This document shows positions 57,471 through 60,315 of a stretch of 60,315 bases of DNA, piece after piece. Positions within the stretch are counted from its first letter, which is position 1. Every line of letters starts with the position of its first letter. The translations under genes were made by a program, and so were the position numbers. The DNA lies in the IMG/VR virus record IMGVR_UViG_3300044996_000347, positions 1 to 60,315 of that record. One strand, given 5' to 3'. Source of the stretch: a virus (Duplodnaviria; Caudoviricetes). Below the pieces are notes generated by a model, which saw only the letters and a list, made by a program, of their open reading frames with translations, did not search any database and was not told where the DNA came from.

Positions 57471-57683
57471 ATGGAAAAAGAAATAGATGTAAATGGAAGA
57501 AAGTTTAAAATAAGAGAACTTCTAGCAATAGAACTTGATGACATTAATTGGGATGACAAAAAAGAAGCAATAAAGAAACAAGTTATTTTGAGTACAGGAC
57601 TAAATGATGCAGATTATTTTAAACTAACTGTAAAGGAAAGATTATCCATTATAAAAGAGATTAATCAATTAAATGGTTTTTAG
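57471..57683 (+). CDS. Tail assembly chaperone
   Basis: SD ggagg before ATG 57471; lies between tail tube and tape measure. Confidence 0.8.
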   Translation: MEKEIDVNGRKFKIRELLAIELDDINWDDKKEAIKKQVILSTGLNDADYFKLTVKERLSIIKEINQLNGF

Positions 57684-57847
57684 GATGCCAGCTAAGTAAA
57701 GGAGAAGAAACTCGCCTTAAAATATGCGAATACTTCGGCTGGCAAAAAGACTATGTTGATAGTCTCACACTCTATGAAGTCCAATTAATCTGTTTATACA
57801 TAAACAAAATGAATAAAGACAGAAAAAAACAATATGGCAGAAGATGA
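57677..57847 (+). CDS. -1 frameshift extension of the tail assembly chaperone
   Basis: GGT TTT TAG; the -1 frame reads FLGCQ...ICEYFGW...VDSLTLYEV... up to the tape measure start. Confidence 0.7.
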   Translation, partial: FLGCQLSKGEETRLKICEYFGWQKDYVDSLTLYEVQLICLYINKMNKDRKKQYGRR

Positions 57848-58991
57848 AAGAATAGAGATTTTAATAAAAGCAGTTGATGAAGCAAGTCAAACATTAAAAA
57901 ATATAGAGAAGCAAATACAAACAACAGCAAAGAATTCTGAAAAAGCAAATGTTTCTCTTGGAGATTCATTTAAAAAAGTTCAAGGAGCAATGCTTAATCT
58001 TGGTCAGGTAGCACAAGGAATACACAACATATTTGAAACAAATGAAAGAGCAACAAGAAATCTTGAAAATGCGCAGGATAGACTTGAAAACGCAACACTT
58101 AGATTAAAGCAGGCACAACAGGATTTAAGTGATGTAGAGAAAAATCATGCAAGGGACAGTTTAACATTAGAAAAAGCAACAATAGCCAATACGCGCGCAC
58201 AAGAAGATTTAAGATTTTATACTAACAGATTAGAGCAAGGAATAACATTTACTGGAGAAAAATTAAAAAATTATCAAGATGCTCAAATAAGAGCAAAAGA
58301 AGCCGCACTTGACTTGGCAGATGCACAACAACTAAGTACAGATAAGGCAAAAGAACTAAAAGACAAACAAGATGCATTAATTATTGCCACTAATAACGTA
58401 GATCGAGCAACAAGAGGATTAGAAAAAGCTCAAGGAGATGCTAAATGGGCTATGGTTGATATGGGGGTACAAGCAATAAGTGTTGCTGGAAATTTGGGAT
58501 CATTAGCAACAGCGATCGGTGGAACTGGAGGATTAACTTCTATGTTTACATCCTTGACTACAGCAGTTGGAGTGGGAGGATTATTGGCAACAGGAGGAAC
58601 AGTTGCTGCAATCGTTGGATTAATTACTGTATTGGGAATGTTAACTCCAGAAACACCCTCATATGTTGCAGCTATACAAACAAGAATTGCAAATTTAGAA
58701 GAATTAAGAAAAAAGGCAGATGAAACAGAAAAAGCATTTTATGATCTAATGATTCAAGAACAAAAACTAAAATCATTTCAATATCTAACTGGGTCGGGTC
58801 AATATGGAGGAAGAGTTACTCAATCAGGTTATACTCCCAAAGGTATGGAAAGGGCGCCATCATATATTCCGATAATACCCACAGCTCCAAAATTCACAGT
58901 AATTAATAATATTGGAACAATACAAGGAATAAGTGCAACACAAATAAGCAGATCCTTATCAAATGAATTAAATAACAAATTATCACTATGA
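57834..58991 (+). CDS. Short tape measure protein
   Basis: IEILIKAVDEAS N-terminus, coiled coil, Gly/Ala hydrophobic segment. Confidence 0.85.
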   Translation: MAEDERIEILIKAVDEASQTLKNIEKQIQTTAKNSEKANVSLGDSFKKVQGAMLNLGQVAQGIHNIFETNERATRNLENAQDRLENATLRLKQAQQDLSDVEKNHARDSLTLEKATIANTRAQEDLRFYTNRLEQGITFTGEKLKNYQDAQIRAKEAALDLADAQQLSTDKAKELKDKQDALIIATNNVDRATRGLEKAQGDAKWAMVDMGVQAISVAGNLGSLATAIGGTGGLTSMFTSLTTAVGVGGLLATGGTVAAIVGLITVLGMLTPETPSYVAAIQTRIANLEELRKKADETEKAFYDLMIQEQKLKSFQYLTGSGQYGGRVTQSGYTPKGMERAPSYIPIIPTAPKFTVINNIGTIQGISATQISRSLSNELNNKLSL

Positions 58992-60315
58992 TTAAGACAA
59001 AAATGACTGTGAATGGGACAGAATTCTCTGATTATCAAAATCTAATTATTAGCAAAACTATGGATGAAGCAAATGCATCGAGTTCATTTAATGCAATATT
59101 TGATTCTCCTTATGGAAGGCATAAATCTGATTTTTCTGTTGGACAAGAAGTAATTATATACGCAGATAAAGATGCAGAAGCAACAACAATAATATTTAAA
59201 GGAATACTAGAAAAAATTGTATTTAGTGGAGAAGAAACAGAACAAACAGTTGAATTATCTGGTAGAGATTATACCGTCAGATTAATGGATATCACAGTAG
59301 AGCCAATTGTATTCTCTGAAACAGAAATATCAGACATTGTTAAAAATATCTTAACAAATAACAATGTTCCTGATATAACAACAACGAATGTGCAAAATAC
59401 AGGAAAAACATTAAAAAGAATAGGATTTAATCATACTCCAATTTTTGATGCATTAAAACAATTAGCAGATCTAGCAGGATTTATTTTTTATGTCGATGTA
59501 AATAAGGACTTGCACTTTGAGCAAGCAGATACATCCAGTTCAGGAATTACATTAAATAATTCAAATTTAATTAAAATTGATTATGACAAATCCAGGCAGG
59601 GAATGGCTAATAAGATATGGGTTTATGGAGATAGATATTTATCAGAAGTACCAGCAGAACAATTCACAATGGGAAGTCCTTTAGGTGGAAGTGCAATAAC
59701 ATTGACATATAAGCCACACAATACAACAGTCACTTATCTTGGGAATATACTTAAAGGAGCAGTTGAAGGTATGACTTTAATTCCTACAAGTGGACAAGAT
59801 TACGGTGTATCATTTGATGATAGACAAATTTTATTTTATTCTGGTGGAGATTTTCCAAACTTTCCTGCAAGTGGAGGAAGTGTGATTGTTAATTATTATA
59901 GAGATTTGCCTATAGTTAAATATGGTCAAGACGATAATTCAATAGCATTATATGGACCAAAAAATCTTAAAATACAAGATAGTACAATAAAAGATCCTCA
60001 AACTGCACTAGATATATTAAAACAGAAGTTAAATGACGTAAATCCATTTAATAGAGTAGAATGCATTTTGAAAGGATGGTATTCTATATTGCCAGGACAA
60101 ACTATAGATATTCAACTTGATCATTTTGGATTAACAGATACATTATCAATATTAGAAGTTAATTATAGACTTGACAAAAATTCCGTACAATCAGAAAATG
60201 TTTTAAATTTAATTATTAATAAAAAGTTTTTAGACATAACAGATAAAATCAAAGAAATAAATAGAAGATTAACATTATTAGAAACACAGAACCTTCAAGA
60301 TTCTGATATCCTTAG
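58988..60315 (+). CDS. Baseplate hub/tail tip protein, truncated at the window end
   Basis: MIKTKMTVNG...FKGILEK...LSGRDY...FDALKQLADLAGFIFYVD...LHF; appears open to the window end. Confidence 0.8.
   Translation, partial: MIKTKMTVNGTEFSDYQNLIISKTMDEANASSSFNAIFDSPYGRHKSDFSVGQEVIIYADKDAEATTIIFKGILEKIVFSGEETEQTVELSGRDYTVRLMDITVEPIVFSETEISDIVKNILTNNNVPDITTTNVQNTGKTLKRIGFNHTPIFDALKQLADLAGFIFYVDVNKDLHFEQADTSSSGITLNNSNLIKIDYDKSRQGMANKIWVYGDRYLSEVPAEQFTMGSPLGGSAITLTYKPHNTTVTYLGNILKGAVEGMTLIPTSGQDYGVSFDDRQILFYSGGDFPNFPASGGSVIVNYYRDLPIVKYGQDDNSIALYGPKNLKIQDSTIKDPQTALDILKQKLNDVNPFNRVECILKGWYSILPGQTIDIQLDHFGLTDTLSILEVNYRLDKNSVQSENVLNLIINKKFLDITDKIKEINRRLTLLETQNLQDSDIL

Larger units (their letters stand above)
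30073..60315 (+). mobile_element. Partial genome of an archaeal head-tail virus (Caudoviricetes, siphovirus-like)
   Basis: TerS/TerL, portal, prohead protease, MCP, connectors, tail tube, chaperone and tape measure in canonical order; no sheath gene seen. Confidence 0.93.

Noticed and set aside
1-60315. Complete DGR cassette (RT, TR, Avd)
   Set aside because: No ORF with RT motifs and no A-rich copy of 752..832 found by eye on either strand; only the target is reported
1-60315. Alternative genetic code
   Set aside because: Long genes are intact under code 11 and all three stop codons end genes at sensible positions

Overview
This AT-rich window is entirely viral, with archaeal-type signals (BRE/TATA promoters, leaderless genes, AGGAGGT Shine-Dalgarno sites, an Hjc resolvase, class III signal peptides, an A1:U72 tRNA-Met). 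A DPANN host (Pacearchaeota/Woesearchaeota-like) is inferred, not proven. It splits into two ~30-kb halves at an exact 127-bp repeat (1..127 = 30073..30199). The left half (1..30072) can close as a circle. It encodes a minimal tyrosine recombinase, a P-loop ATPase, tRNA-Met, many membrane proteins, two LamG surface proteins, two paralogous two-helix capsid-like proteins with prepilin-type leaders and an identical 107-bp 3' repeat, small basic proteins, a helicase with an embedded iteron-like array, and an SSB. This layout resembles a spindle-shaped (fusellovirus-like) or other membrane-assembled virus. It also carries a gene whose 3' end looks like a DGR variable region, although no RT or template repeat is present in the window. 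The right half (30073..60315, truncated) is an HK97-type tailed virus with five glycosyltransferases, two radical SAM enzymes, four DNA methyltransferases, terminase, a portal-MuF fusion, protease/scaffold, MCP and a siphovirus-like tail with a -1 frameshift chaperone. The sequence alone cannot show whether the junction is a real cointegrate or an assembly chimera. All product calls come from motif recognition by eye; no database searches were run.
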